Origin: an uncultured bacterium
Lineage (GTDB): Bacteria; Zhuqueibacterota; QNDG01; DTFT01
NCBI GenBank assembly: GCA_963736115.1
Contig: CAVTNR010000009.1
Span: 166,051 to 230,050, forward strand
Length of the DNA stretch: 64,000 nt
Reading direction: 5' to 3'
The notes below the pieces were generated by a model. That model was not told the origin of the DNA and did not search any database. It saw only the letters and a list, made by a program, of their open reading frames with translations. This document shows positions 37,805 to 47,838 of this stretch, one piece after another. The position numbers and the translations under genes are program-made. How positions within the stretch are numbered: the stretch's first letter is position 1; the number at the start of each line of letters is the position of its first letter.

Positions 37805-38770
37805 TCACCCCGCGAGCTTGCGGATCTCCTCGGAATCCCCGAAATTCACCACATACCGCTCGATGAATTCCGGCACCGTGTACCGGTGGCTCTGCGGCCC
37901 GTCGGTCTCAATCACGTACGCCGCGGCCAGACTGCCGATGCGGCCCGCGGTCTCCCAGGAGAGGCCGAGCGCCATCCCCCGCATGAGCCCGGCGCGGAAC
38001 GCGTCGCCCACGCCCGTGGGATCGGCCGCCTTCTTCGGTCTCGCGGGCGGAATCGGAATGTCCCCCCGGGGCGTGCGGATCAACGACCCTTTCGCGCCCA
38101 ACGTGACGATCAGGCATTCGGACAGCGCAAGCAGGCCGGCGTCGTCCAGGCCGGTCTTTTTCCCCATCATCTCGAGTTCGTATTCGTTCACGATCAGCAC
38201 AGTCGCCTTGCGGCTGCCCTCGACCAGGTCCTCGCCCGAGAGGCGGGCGATCTGCTGGCCCGGGTCGAAAATGAAAGCGGTTCCCGCGCGCCTGCATTCG
38301 TCCGCGTAGCGGATCATGGCCTCCGGGTCGTTCGGCGCCACAATGGCGAGCGCGCGGGGGCCGGCCGCGGCCAGAAATGGTTTCAACGAATACTCCTTCG
38401 AGAACCGCATGGCGCCCGTGTAAAAGGAGCAGATCTGGTTTCCGGCGAGGTCCGTGTTCGCGAAAAAAGACGCGGTGTACACGTCCGGAATCTCATGCAC
38501 GCCCGATGTGTCGACCCCGGCCCCGTCGAGAAACTCGCGGTATTCCCCGAAATCCTGGCCCGCTGTCCCGATGAGCAGGGGCTTCGTGCCGAGCAGGGCC
38601 AGGGAATAGGCGATATTCGGCCCGCAGCCGCCCCGCAGTTTCTTCATCGTGTCCGCCAGAAAGCTCACGCTGATTTTGTCCAGCTTGTCGGCGATGAAAT
38701 GATCCGTGAACTTTCCGGGGAACTGCATGAGGGTGTCGTATGCGATGGAACCGGTGATGAGCAGTTTCAC
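37805..38770 (-). CDS. PfkB-family carbohydrate/nucleoside kinase (adenosine kinase-like)
   Basis: GSIAYD, GGCGPNI, FDPGQQ, NEYE, DPTGVGDAFRAG. Confidence 0.9.
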   Translation of the reverse strand: MKLLITGSIAYDTLMQFPGKFTDHFIADKLDKISVSFLADTMKKLRGGCGPNIAYSLALLGTKPLLIGTAGQDFGEYREFLDGAGVDTSGVHEIPDVYTASFFANTDLAGNQICSFYTGAMRFSKEYSLKPFLAAAGPRALAIVAPNDPEAMIRYADECRRAGTAFIFDPGQQIARLSGEDLVEGSRKATVLIVNEYELEMMGKKTGLDDAGLLALSECLIVTLGAKGSLIRTPRGDIPIPPARPKKAADPTGVGDAFRAGLMRGMALGLSWETAGRIGSLAAAYVIETDGPQSHRYTVPEFIERYVVNFGDSEEIRKLAG

Positions 38771-38805
38771 GGTCGATTCTCCTCGTTGGGATAAGGGGGC
38801 CGCCG

Positions 38806-38865
38806 CCCGGGAGAAAGTCCGGGAGAAAGCCCTGAAGAAAACCCGGGGGAAAACCGGGGAGGGAG
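38806..38865. repeat. Degenerate 12-bp tandem repeat (~5 units of CCCGGGAGAAAG)
   Basis: Visible 12-bp periodicity in the argS-kinase intergenic region. Confidence 0.65.
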
Positions 38866-38890
38866 CCCCGGCGGAGTCAGCCCCGTCCGG

Positions 38891-40552
38891 TCACATGCTT
38901 TCCGGCGCGGAGATGCCCAGCAGGCCTAGCCCGTTGGCGAGCACGGTCCGCGTGGCGCGGCACAGCGCGAGTCGCGCCTGAGCGGCGGGCACGTTCTTCT
39001 TCGACACCACGCGGAGGTTCTCGTCCTGTTTGCCCGCGTGCTGAAAATGATGGTACACGGTCGCCGCCTCCTCGAGGTAGGTCGGCAATTTGTGCGGTTC
39101 GAAATTGCGACCGGCCTCGGCCACGACACGCGGGTACGACAGCAGGATGCGCGCCAGGTCCTTTTCCGCGGGCTCGGCCAGGAGCGACAGATCCGGCGCC
39201 GCGACCTCGTCGATTCCCTCCTCCTTCGCCTTCCGGAGGATGCTGGAGATGCGCGCATGGGCGTACTGCACGTAGTAGACGGGGTTCTCGTCCGACTGCG
39301 TCTTGGCCAAAGTCAGGTCGAAGTTCAGATGGCTCGACATGGAGCGGTTGATGAAGAAGTAGCGCGTCACGTCCGGCCCGACCTCGTCCATCAGCTCGTC
39401 GAGCGTGACGAAATTGGCCTTGCGCGTGCTCATCTTGACCTTTTCCTTTCCCTCGGTCAGGGTCACGAATTGGTGGATGAGCACCTTCACCCGCGACGGA
39501 TCGTACCCCATGGCCTTGAGGCCGGCCATCACGTCCGGGTAGGTGGCGATGTGATCCGCGCCGAATATGTCGACGATAAGCTCGAATCCGCGGTCGTATT
39601 TGTCCTTGTGATAGGCCATGTCGGGAAGGCGGTAGGTCGGTTCGCCGGTGGACTTCACGATGACCCGGTCCTGATCGAGCCCCGCCTTCGTGGCGCGGAA
39701 CCACACCGCGCCCTCGGAATCGTAGGCCAGGTCGCGCTTCCGGAGCTCCGCGACCACCGCGTCGATCTTGCCCGTGTCGTACAGGGAACGCTCGTTATAA
39801 TAGACGTCGAAACGGATGCCGAGGCGCTCGAGTGTCTTGCGGATGTCTGCGAAAATCGCGTTCTCCGCGAGCTGCTGAAAGTACGCCAGGTTCTCCGGCG
39901 CCCCGAAATCGTCGCCCTTCTCCCTGGCCGCCGCGGCCGCGATGTCGCGGATGTACTCGCCCTGGTAATGGTCCTCCGGAAAGTCCCCGCCCCGGCCGAG
40001 CCCTTCGAGGTAGCGCAGGCGCACGGACTCGCCCAGCACGCGCATCTGCCGGCCCGCGTTGTTGAAGTAGTATTCCCGCATCACATCGTGACCGTTCGCC
40101 TCGAGCAGGCGCGACACGACGTCTCCGATCACCGCCTGCCGGCCGTGACCGATGGTGAGCGGCCCGGTGGGGTTCGCGCTGACGAATTCGACCTGCGTTT
40201 TGCGGCCGGCGCCCGAATCGTTCCGTCCGTAGGCCGGCCCGAGCCGCAGGATTTCCGTGATCGCATCGGCCAGGGTGGCCGGCCCGAACGTGAAATTGAT
40301 GAACCCGTTTCCGGCCACCTCGATCTTCTCGATCCGCGAGGGATCCGAAGGCAGAAAGGCCGCGATTTTTTCAGCCGCGGCTTTGGGGCTCATCCGGTTC
40401 GCCTTGGCGATGGCAAAAGCCGCGTTGCAGGTCAGGTCGCCGTGGCCCTTCTGCCGCGATTCCGCGATCTCCACGGCCTCCGGCCCGGCCTCGAATCCGG
40501 CTTTTCGGATCGCCTCGATGAGCCGCTGTTTCAATTCATTTTCAATGGGCAT
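38891..40552 (-). CDS. argS: Arginine--tRNA ligase
   Basis: VEFVSANPTGPL..GH.R, FGADH, KMSTRK, YYVQYAHAR, GISAPESM. Confidence 0.97.
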   Translation of the reverse strand: MPIENELKQRLIEAIRKAGFEAGPEAVEIAESRQKGHGDLTCNAAFAIAKANRMSPKAAAEKIAAFLPSDPSRIEKIEVAGNGFINFTFGPATLADAITEILRLGPAYGRNDSGAGRKTQVEFVSANPTGPLTIGHGRQAVIGDVVSRLLEANGHDVMREYYFNNAGRQMRVLGESVRLRYLEGLGRGGDFPEDHYQGEYIRDIAAAAAREKGDDFGAPENLAYFQQLAENAIFADIRKTLERLGIRFDVYYNERSLYDTGKIDAVVAELRKRDLAYDSEGAVWFRATKAGLDQDRVIVKSTGEPTYRLPDMAYHKDKYDRGFELIVDIFGADHIATYPDVMAGLKAMGYDPSRVKVLIHQFVTLTEGKEKVKMSTRKANFVTLDELMDEVGPDVTRYFFINRSMSSHLNFDLTLAKTQSDENPVYYVQYAHARISSILRKAKEEGIDEVAAPDLSLLAEPAEKDLARILLSYPRVVAEAGRNFEPHKLPTYLEEAATVYHHFQHAGKQDENLRVVSKKNVPAAQARLALCRATRTVLANGLGLLGISAPESM

Positions 40553-40911
40553 CAGGCCGGGTCTCCGAATGCGGTCGTTTTAGCGTCGTTCCACAGTCGC
40601 TCGAGGCCGTAGAAGTCCCGCTCTTCCTTCTGAAACACGTGTACCACCACGTCGACGTAGTCGACGAGCACCCAGCGCAGGTGCTGGACACCCTCCGTGT
40701 GCCACGGCCGGCGTCCCCGGCCCTGCATGCCGTCGAGCACGGCCTCGGCGAGGGCTTTCACGTGCGTGTCCGAGTCGCCGTGACACACCACGAAATAATC
40801 CGCGATGTCCGTGGCGGCCCGGATATCCATCAGGCGCACGTCCTGTGCCTTTTTGCCCAGCAGGCAGTCTATGATTCTCCGGGCGTCGGTATGCGACGGG
40901 TTACGGGCCAA
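40552..40911 (-). CDS. rsfS: Ribosome silencing factor
   Basis: KKAQD, DYFVVC, WVLVDYVDVVVHVF, R.FY.LE.LW. Confidence 0.95.
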   Translation of the reverse strand: MARNPSHTDARRIIDCLLGKKAQDVRLMDIRAATDIADYFVVCHGDSDTHVKALAEAVLDGMQGRGRRPWHTEGVQHLRWVLVDYVDVVVHVFQKEERDFYGLERLWNDAKTTAFGDPA

Positions 40912-41684
40912 TTCGGTTCTCCAGTATCGCTTTCCACGCGGCCAGGGTCCGGAAATTCTTCCCCAGGACGACGGTGGCGTCCACCATGTACATGTCGTGC
41001 GTCTCCGATATCACTTCGCGCTTCGGGACGCCGAGCGCGTCCGCCAGTTTACGGGCCGATGCCAGGTCGCTCCTGCGGTCGATCACCAGCGTGGCGGGCA
41101 CGTTGAAGCTCTCGTAATTGTCCGTGCGGACCACATCGTAGCCTTTTTTGCGCAGATAGGCCGTAAACTTGTCCGCGATTTTGGGAACGCCGCATCCGTT
41201 CAGAACCTCGATTTGCAGAGGGCCTCTCGGTTTTTCCGGAACCGCAACACGGCTTTTCGCCGTAGCGCCGCCTGAAGTCCCCTTTTCTCCGGTTTCCTTT
41301 CCGGCCGCCGCGCCGCCGGAGGCCTCGGTTCCGCGGCCGCTTGGGATGCCGCGCCGGATCCGGCCTTCTCGGCGCGATCGGCGGTCCCTCGCCCGATCCG
41401 GCCTGGGCCGTGATCGAAGTCCGACCTTTCGCGGCCGGACCCGGCTTGCCGGATTTACCGGCCGTGCATTGCCGGATTCCGAAACCGATCAGGCCGATAT
41501 TCACGGCCAGCACGACGAAAATAGCCGCGTTCATCCAGTCGATGCGGACCGAAGGAAGCCGGAACGAAGGGAGCTTGAATTTCGGCATACGGAACGCGGA
41601 TTGGTTCCGGACCTTACGGCCCGGCATGGTCTGAAATTCCGGCTTTTTGAACGAGCCGGACCTGCGCCTGCGGCCGCCGCTCAT
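40901..41684 (-). CDS. Membrane-anchored LytR C-terminal domain protein; one extra base near 41370
   Basis: N-terminal TM in one frame; IEVLNGCGVP.IA..F..YLRKKGYDVV...DATVVLG in the frame of the 40901 ORF. Confidence 0.75.
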
Positions 41685-41706
41685 GACGCGCCCCGGGAAG
41701 GCTCAA

Positions 41707-41910
41707 TCGGGCGGCCAGAAGCCTGGTCATTCTGGTTCCTGCTTTCTGGATGATTGGAGATTGGGCTTCTGGCCGCTCCGACGGGTTTGATTCCCCGGCT
41801 TCGCCGGACCAAGCAATTAGATTTTTTCTGTTTGAAGGCCCGCCGCTTGTCTTCAATAATTCGTAAATGTAATCGCTTGATCCCGCGAAGCGGGCGGCGG
41901 GGTCCTTCAA
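41707..41910 (+). mobile_element. Structured element copy 3 (204 bp, with an internal foreign segment)
   Basis: Same 5' stem and GGCGGGGTCCTTCAA end; preceded by TCAA; middle resembles 24982-25025. Confidence 0.75.
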
Positions 41911-41985
41911 TAAAAAATGACCGAGAAAGGGGCTTCTCGGTCAGGCGAAACGCGATATCCAAAGTCGTTTTCACGCCGCAGGACC

Positions 41986-42444
41986 CTACCTCGTGGTGTA
42001 CCGGGTGAAGGGTGAAATGGAAGCGGCCGGAGTCTGTTGATAGTCGAAAAACAAATGCGTCTTGTCCGACGGCCTGTAATCCAGAGACGCGCCCTTGATG
42101 AAGAATTGTCCGGCCGATGACCCGGTCAGGCCGGCGCCTCCCAGGGGCTGATGCAGGTAACCGACCTGCAGGACAGCGGTCAGCGGATCGGCGATCTGGT
42201 ATTGCAGGGTGTTCAGGTACAGGCCCTGGTTGAAAGACCGGCTGCCCGCGGAGAAAAACGACAGGGAATAGCTTTGCGTCATCTTGAAACGCGAAGGATC
42301 GATGAGCCCTTCCAGTATACCCGAAGGCCGCCGGAACAGCTCAGTAGGCTTGAAAATAGAGGACTTGGCCTCGCCTCTGTACTGTCCGAAAGCCAGCATG
42401 GGGCCGAGCATGCATATTGTGATGAAGAATGCCCGTTTTTTCAT
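41986..42444 (-). CDS. Hypothetical exported protein
   Basis: Signal peptide MKKRAFF...AFG; beta-strand-rich mature part. Confidence 0.7.
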   Translation of the reverse strand: MKKRAFFITICMLGPMLAFGQYRGEAKSSIFKPTELFRRPSGILEGLIDPSRFKMTQSYSLSFFSAGSRSFNQGLYLNTLQYQIADPLTAVLQVGYLHQPLGGAGLTGSSAGQFFIKGASLDYRPSDKTHLFFDYQQTPAASISPFTRYTTR

Positions 42445-42654
42445 GTTTGGACCGCTCCGGATGCGTGTAACCTTAATAGAATAATAGGCAAAGAAACGCC
42501 AAAAGTCAACCGGTTTCTGCGGGAACCGGGGCTGTTTCCCATAATAAAACATCACCACGGAAGATCACAGAGACACACGGAAAAGATAATTATACTGTTT
42601 TCTACTTCCTCCGTGAATTTCCGTGTTCCTCGGCCGTTCCCTCTTTATATTAAA

Positions 42655-44661
42655 TTAACGCCTCAGCACCACTTTCCGTTCCAGGGCGACGCCCTCCCCT
42701 TCCAGCCGGATGATGTAAATTCCGGAAGCCAGCGGCCGGCCCGAATCGTCACTGCCGTCCCATTCCACGTTCTGAACCGGTCCGTTCTCCCATCGCACCG
42801 AACCCAGCGACCGCACCCGTTCGCCGATGCAGTTGTACGCGGCCAGAACCGCTGATCCTCCTGCCGCCGCGCTGTCCCGCAATTCCACCCCTATGACCGT
42901 GACCCCGCTGAAAGGATTGGGATAATTCGGTCTCAGCATGACCGCATGGGGTTCGCGGAATGGAATGTCGGTCACCGTTCCCCGCCTGGTCTTGAGCAGA
43001 ACCCAGCCCTCCGGGTCCAGGCGGATCGAATCCGGCCGGAACGGAAGATTCCAGCGGAAACGTTCGACCCGTTCGAGCACCCAGACCGTGGTATCGGCCG
43101 TGACGGACCCGGGACCCAGGGCGCGGACATCCACCGGCATCTGAAACACCGCGCCGGAAGGATCCTGCGCCAGGTCCAGTTCCAACTCCCAGGACGGATC
43201 CGGTCCGGTGACTGCGCTTGAGGCAGTCGCTTCCCAGTCGACGACCACGGACAAATATCCGGGGGAATCGAGCCACTCGCTGAAAAACCATTCCAGGTCC
43301 ATGCCCGATCCGTCCTCGCAGGCCGACTGAAAATCGCGGCGCGAAGCATTGCCGTACAGGTGCGCCGCGTAATAGGATCGCAGACTCTCGAAGAAGGCGT
43401 CATCCCCCATGACGCGCCTCAGCATGTGCAGGATCACCGATCCCTTGCAGTAGCTGATGCCGTAATTGAAGAGCTCGCCCTCCGGCGGATCGTAGACCGG
43501 AAAATCCTTCTCTTCGGCCTGGCTGAAATAAACCTCGGCCTGCGACCGCATCTCGCCGGAATACGCCCCGGATCCGAACCGGTGCTCGTGAAAAAGGGCC
43601 TCGCAATACGTCGCGAATCCCTCGTTGAGCCAGATATCCGGCCAGTCGGCCAGGGTCACCGCATCGCCCCACCAGGCGTGCGCCAGCTCATGCACGAATC
43701 CGTCCTCGCGCGCCCGGTTGCCCCTGAACCAGGCCGCGTTGATCGTGGTCATGGTCTGGTGCTCCATGCCGCCGTAATTGAAATCGCGGGTCACTTCCGC
43801 GTGCCCGTATTTTTCGAACGGGTACACGCCGAACAGGCCGGAGAAAAACGACATGGCCTCGGGCAGGTTGGTCAGGTCCTCCACGGCCTTGGCGGAATCG
43901 CTCTCGAACACGCAGTTCAGGCAGTCCACGGACCCGCCGTCCGCTGTCGGATAGCGGTCCGTCCATATCGCGTAATACCGGGACATGGTGACGCAGATCA
44001 GATACGTGGCGATCGGCAGTTCCGTTTCCCATTGAAACGTCTCCGTGCCGTCTTCGCGGGTGCGGTCGATCAGCACGCCGTTGGACGCGACGAAAACGCC
44101 CTCCGGGACCGTGGCGATGACGGACGCCGTCGCCTTGTCCCAGGGCACGTCCTTGCAGGGGAACCAGTACCGGGCGCTCGAGGGCTCGGACATGGTATAG
44201 GCGCAGGTGTCATTGCGGAAGAAGCCCGCGTATTGGGGATCGGCCTCGTACCGGATGCGAACCGTGAAGGTTTCGCCGGCCGAGGGCCGCTTCAGCAGGG
44301 GCACGACGATCAGGTGGCCCTGCATCTCCCACGGCGCGGATTCGCCGTTCACTTCAACGGACAGGATGTCCATGTAGGGACCGTGCACGGCCATGGACGG
44401 CAGATCGTCCCTAAGCGATTCCGCGGTCAACGTCACAACACCGCTGAAGCGCCTCGAAATCAGGGGAAAGTCCAGATCGAGGGTGTAGGACAGCGCGTCG
44501 TAACCGCGTATCAGGTCCGATTCCGCGCTCGGCCGCGCCAGGATTTCGCGCTTCTTCTGAATGCCGGTCCGCGCCGAGCCGGAACCGGTCGCGCCGGCAC
44601 CGGAGGTCCCCGCGGCCAGGGCCGCGGCGATCAGCAGGGCCGGGACAAAACGGATGTTCAT
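42655..44661 (-). CDS. Secreted M1 family aminopeptidase with FlgD/T9SS-like tail
   Basis: GGMEH, HELAH.WWG, WLNEGFA, Y.KG; NYPNPF...ASGIY...KVVLRR. Confidence 0.92.
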   Translation of the reverse strand: MNIRFVPALLIAAALAAGTSGAGATGSGSARTGIQKKREILARPSAESDLIRGYDALSYTLDLDFPLISRRFSGVVTLTAESLRDDLPSMAVHGPYMDILSVEVNGESAPWEMQGHLIVVPLLKRPSAGETFTVRIRYEADPQYAGFFRNDTCAYTMSEPSSARYWFPCKDVPWDKATASVIATVPEGVFVASNGVLIDRTREDGTETFQWETELPIATYLICVTMSRYYAIWTDRYPTADGGSVDCLNCVFESDSAKAVEDLTNLPEAMSFFSGLFGVYPFEKYGHAEVTRDFNYGGMEHQTMTTINAAWFRGNRAREDGFVHELAHAWWGDAVTLADWPDIWLNEGFATYCEALFHEHRFGSGAYSGEMRSQAEVYFSQAEEKDFPVYDPPEGELFNYGISYCKGSVILHMLRRVMGDDAFFESLRSYYAAHLYGNASRRDFQSACEDGSGMDLEWFFSEWLDSPGYLSVVVDWEATASSAVTGPDPSWELELDLAQDPSGAVFQMPVDVRALGPGSVTADTTVWVLERVERFRWNLPFRPDSIRLDPEGWVLLKTRRGTVTDIPFREPHAVMLRPNYPNPFSGVTVIGVELRDSAAAGGSAVLAAYNCIGERVRSLGSVRWENGPVQNVEWDGSDDSGRPLASGIYIIRLEGEGVALERKVVLRR

Positions 44662-46874
44662 CTGCGTTTTCCCCGTCCGGCCGGAGGTGTCGGCCTCGAC
44701 TTCGGCTTCAGCTTCGTTCTTGGTTTCGGCTCCAGCACAGGCACGAAATCGATTTTTCTCTGGCTCTTGAGCACGCGCGACACGCGCACTTTCATCGAAT
44801 CCCCGAGCCCCACGACCTGTCCCGAGTTCCGGCCCGTGAGCCGGAAATGCGCCGCGTCGTGCACCCAGTAGTCGTCCGACAGATCGGAGATATGGACGAG
44901 GCCTTCAATGAGAAATTCCGGGATCTCCACGAACACGCCGAATCCCGTGACTCCGGACACCACGCCCTCGAATTCGTCTCCGATGTGGCGCTCCATGAAC
45001 TCGGCCTGTTTGACGCGAATGGACTCGCGCTCGGCCTGCTGGGCGAGAATCTCTCGCTCCGTGGACTGCTTGCATATCTCCGACAGGCTTGCGGTCATCA
45101 CCGGGCGGCCGGGTCCGCCCGGCGCGCCGTAGGCCTTGAGCAGGCGGTGCACGACGAGATCGGGGTAACGCCGGATCGGGGACGTGAAATGCGTGTATTG
45201 GCTGAAGGCGAGGCCGAAATGTCCGACATTGGAGGTGTCGTACTGCGCCTTCATCATGGTCCTGAGCGCCACGTCCTCGATCACCACCTTGTGTTTCGAA
45301 CCTTGTATGCCGGTCAGGTAGCGCTGGAACTGCTTCGGCGTAACAGCCTTTCCGACCTTGAAGGGCACGCCGAGCGCGCCGACGAAGCGCGAGAAGTCCG
45401 TGAGCTTTTCCGTTGACGGCTTTTCGTGCACGCGGTAAACGAACGGCAGTTTCTCGTGAAGTCTGAGGCGGAGGCGGCCCACATGCTCGGCAACCGTCCG
45501 GTTTGCGAGCAGCATGAACGCCTCGATGAGCCTGTGGCTTTCGAGCCTTTCCTTGAGCCGGACATCCGTGGGACGTCCGGTCTCATCGAGCCGGATCTCG
45601 GCCTCGGGCAGGTCGAAGTCGATCATGCCCTCGACCTCCCATTTGCGAAGCAGAATCTGCGAGAGGTTTCGCATGTCGCGGAGCTTCGATGCGAGCTCGG
45701 GCGAAGCCCCGGGAACGGCCGGCGCGGTCTTTCGCTTTCCGCCGTCGATCAGGGCCTGGGCCTGCGTGTAGGTGAGGCGGTGTTTGGAATGGATCACGGT
45801 CTCGGCGATGCGGTAATCGAACACCTCGCCGGAATCGGAAAGCTCGAGGAGAACGCTGTACGTGAGCCTGTCCTCCAGCGGCCGCAGACTGCAGAGGTTG
45901 CCGGACAGCCTCTCGGGAAGCATGGGAATGACCCGGTCCACCAGATAGATGCTGGTCGCGCGCGACAGGGCCTCGCGGTCCACGGCCGATCCCGGTGTCA
46001 CGAAATGGCTGACATCCGCGATGTGCACGCCGAGCGCCCAACGGCCGTTCGGGAGTTTTTCAAGGGATACGGCGTCGTCGAAATCCTTGGCATCGTCCGG
46101 GTCTATGGTGAAAATGAACTGATCCCGCAGGTCGAGTCTTCGGCCGGTTTCCGATTCGGGGATTTCGGCCGGTATGGCGTTCACTTCCTGTTCCACCGCA
46201 GCGGAAAAACGGGACGGCAGGTCATGCGCCACGAGCACGGAGAGGACGTCCACGCCCTTCTCGTTCGGGAACCCGAGCACTTCATCGACGCGGCCCTCGG
46301 TCGGCCTGCGGTCGTCCGTGCGCACCACCTCGACCACCACCTTCTGCCCGTCCTTGGCCCCGTTCCGGAGCTCCTCCTCGATCGAAATGTCGCGGGACAT
46401 TTTGATTTCATCCGGCGTGACGAAATGGATCTGCCGGCCCTCGTGAAAAGTGCCCACGATGCGCTGGCGCGCCCGCGAGAGAATTTTCACGACCCGGCCC
46501 TCGGGCGACTTGCCGGGCTCCTGCGACCAGATTTCCACCTCGACCCGGTCGCGGTGCATGGCCCCGGCCATCCGGCTGTCGCTGACGAACACCTTTTCGC
46601 CCCCGTCTTCGCGGAGCAGAAAACCGTAGCCCTGGGTCTTGACGTGCAGGACCCCTTCGGCTGTTTTCATGGCGCGTTTGGACCCGAACCGGCCGCCCTT
46701 GTACCGGCCGATGGTATCGGCTTCGACGAGCGCCCTCAGCGTCATCTTGAAATCCCGGTAGTCCCGGGTGTGGACGTTGAGCTTGCGCGCCAGCTCCCGG
46801 CTCTTGAAGCTCTGGCCGGGACGGGCGTTCAGGTATTCCTGCAGGGATTTTTCGACTGTGTCTTTTTCCTTCAT
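44658..46874 (-). CDS. rnr: Ribonuclease R
   Basis: TIDPDDAKDFDDA, HIADVS, HFTSPIRRYPD, C-terminal S1 domain. Confidence 0.96.
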   Translation of the reverse strand: MKEKDTVEKSLQEYLNARPGQSFKSRELARKLNVHTRDYRDFKMTLRALVEADTIGRYKGGRFGSKRAMKTAEGVLHVKTQGYGFLLREDGGEKVFVSDSRMAGAMHRDRVEVEIWSQEPGKSPEGRVVKILSRARQRIVGTFHEGRQIHFVTPDEIKMSRDISIEEELRNGAKDGQKVVVEVVRTDDRRPTEGRVDEVLGFPNEKGVDVLSVLVAHDLPSRFSAAVEQEVNAIPAEIPESETGRRLDLRDQFIFTIDPDDAKDFDDAVSLEKLPNGRWALGVHIADVSHFVTPGSAVDREALSRATSIYLVDRVIPMLPERLSGNLCSLRPLEDRLTYSVLLELSDSGEVFDYRIAETVIHSKHRLTYTQAQALIDGGKRKTAPAVPGASPELASKLRDMRNLSQILLRKWEVEGMIDFDLPEAEIRLDETGRPTDVRLKERLESHRLIEAFMLLANRTVAEHVGRLRLRLHEKLPFVYRVHEKPSTEKLTDFSRFVGALGVPFKVGKAVTPKQFQRYLTGIQGSKHKVVIEDVALRTMMKAQYDTSNVGHFGLAFSQYTHFTSPIRRYPDLVVHRLLKAYGAPGGPGRPVMTASLSEICKQSTEREILAQQAERESIRVKQAEFMERHIGDEFEGVVSGVTGFGVFVEIPEFLIEGLVHISDLSDDYWVHDAAHFRLTGRNSGQVVGLGDSMKVRVSRVLKSQRKIDFVPVLEPKPRTKLKPKSRPTPPAGRGKRR

Positions 46875-46962
46875 ATTTTCCTCTGGCTAACCTCTATACA
46901 TTACCGAATCCGGGCATGAAAAGCAACTGGAATCAACGTGCGGTTGGGTACGTCCAACAAAA

Positions 46963-46998
46963 AACCTCCCGCGGGTTCTTACAAACCTGCAGGAGGTT
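46963..46998. repeat. CCTCCCGCGGGTT-family palindrome
   Basis: AACCTCCCGCGGGTT...AACCTGCAGGAGGTT. Confidence 0.7.
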
Positions 46999-47058
46999 GA
47001 TCCTGATCCGGAACGCGCGATTGACCGGAACTTGAGCTCCGGACGATCACAAATTTTT

Positions 47059-47838
47059 TTAACGGTGCTCCAGCGTTCCTATCCGTTTCTCGTGATCGTC
47101 CAGACTGTGGTCGTGACGCCGGATGGCGTGAATGAACAACCCCGCCGCAAGCGGCGGGGGATCCCAAAGAACTTTGATGATGGACGCCGCAATCGGCGGG
47201 GAATCAGACTCGTCGGAGCGGCCAGAAGCCCATCCTCCGATCATTCAGAGAACCGGAACCAGAATGAACATGCTTCTGGCCGCCCGATCGAGAGCGGCCT
47301 TTTCCGTTTTGGAGTCCGTGATGATACCGGCCAGGCCGTCTATCGCGGTCATTACGCCGTCGAAACGCTCGTGCAGCTCCTGCCTGATTCCATGTTTGAA
47401 ATCGCTCAGGTCTCCGGAGACCTGAACGACCTGGACCGCCACACGGTCGATATCCCGGCTTAGGGTAGCTTTCGTTTCCTTCAAGTCGGTTCTGACGGCG
47501 GAAATTTCCTGGCGCAGGGAAACTTCTGTTTCTCTCAAGTCGGATCTGACCGCGGATATCTCCCCGCGCAAAGCGGCTTCTGTCTCCTTCAAATCAGTTC
47601 TGAGGGCGGATATCTCCCCGCGTAGTGAGGTTTCCGTTTCCTTCAGGTCGGTTCTAACTGCTGATATCTCCCCGCGTAGTGAGGTTTCCGTTTCCTTCAG
47701 GTCGGCTTTAACCCCGGAAATCTCCTGGTGATGAGCCTTTACCGCTTCCTGTAAGTCGGTTCTGACGGCGGATATCCCTTGGTGCAGTCCATCGGCTGTA
47801 TTCTTCAGATCCGCCTTTGTCGCGAAGTCGTTCTTCAT
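47059..47838 (-). pseudogene. Coiled-coil tandem-repeat protein (ATKADL N-terminus, 18-aa repeats) interrupted near the C-terminus by the 156-bp element
   Basis: ~6 units of ISAVRTDLKETETSLRGE (54 bp); current stop at 47245 lies inside the element; excision gives ...KAALDHAIRRHDHSLDDHEKRIGTLEHR*. Confidence 0.7.
47132..47287 (-). mobile_element. Non-autonomous 156-bp structured element, copy 4 (intragenic)
   Basis: Inverted relative to the other copies; terminal hairpin CCCCGCCGCTTGCGGCGGGG followed by TTGTTCAT. Confidence 0.8.

Noticed and set aside
47460-47790. 54-bp periodicity as a possible CRISPR array
   Set aside because: Whole units are repeated without unique spacers and they keep a coding frame.
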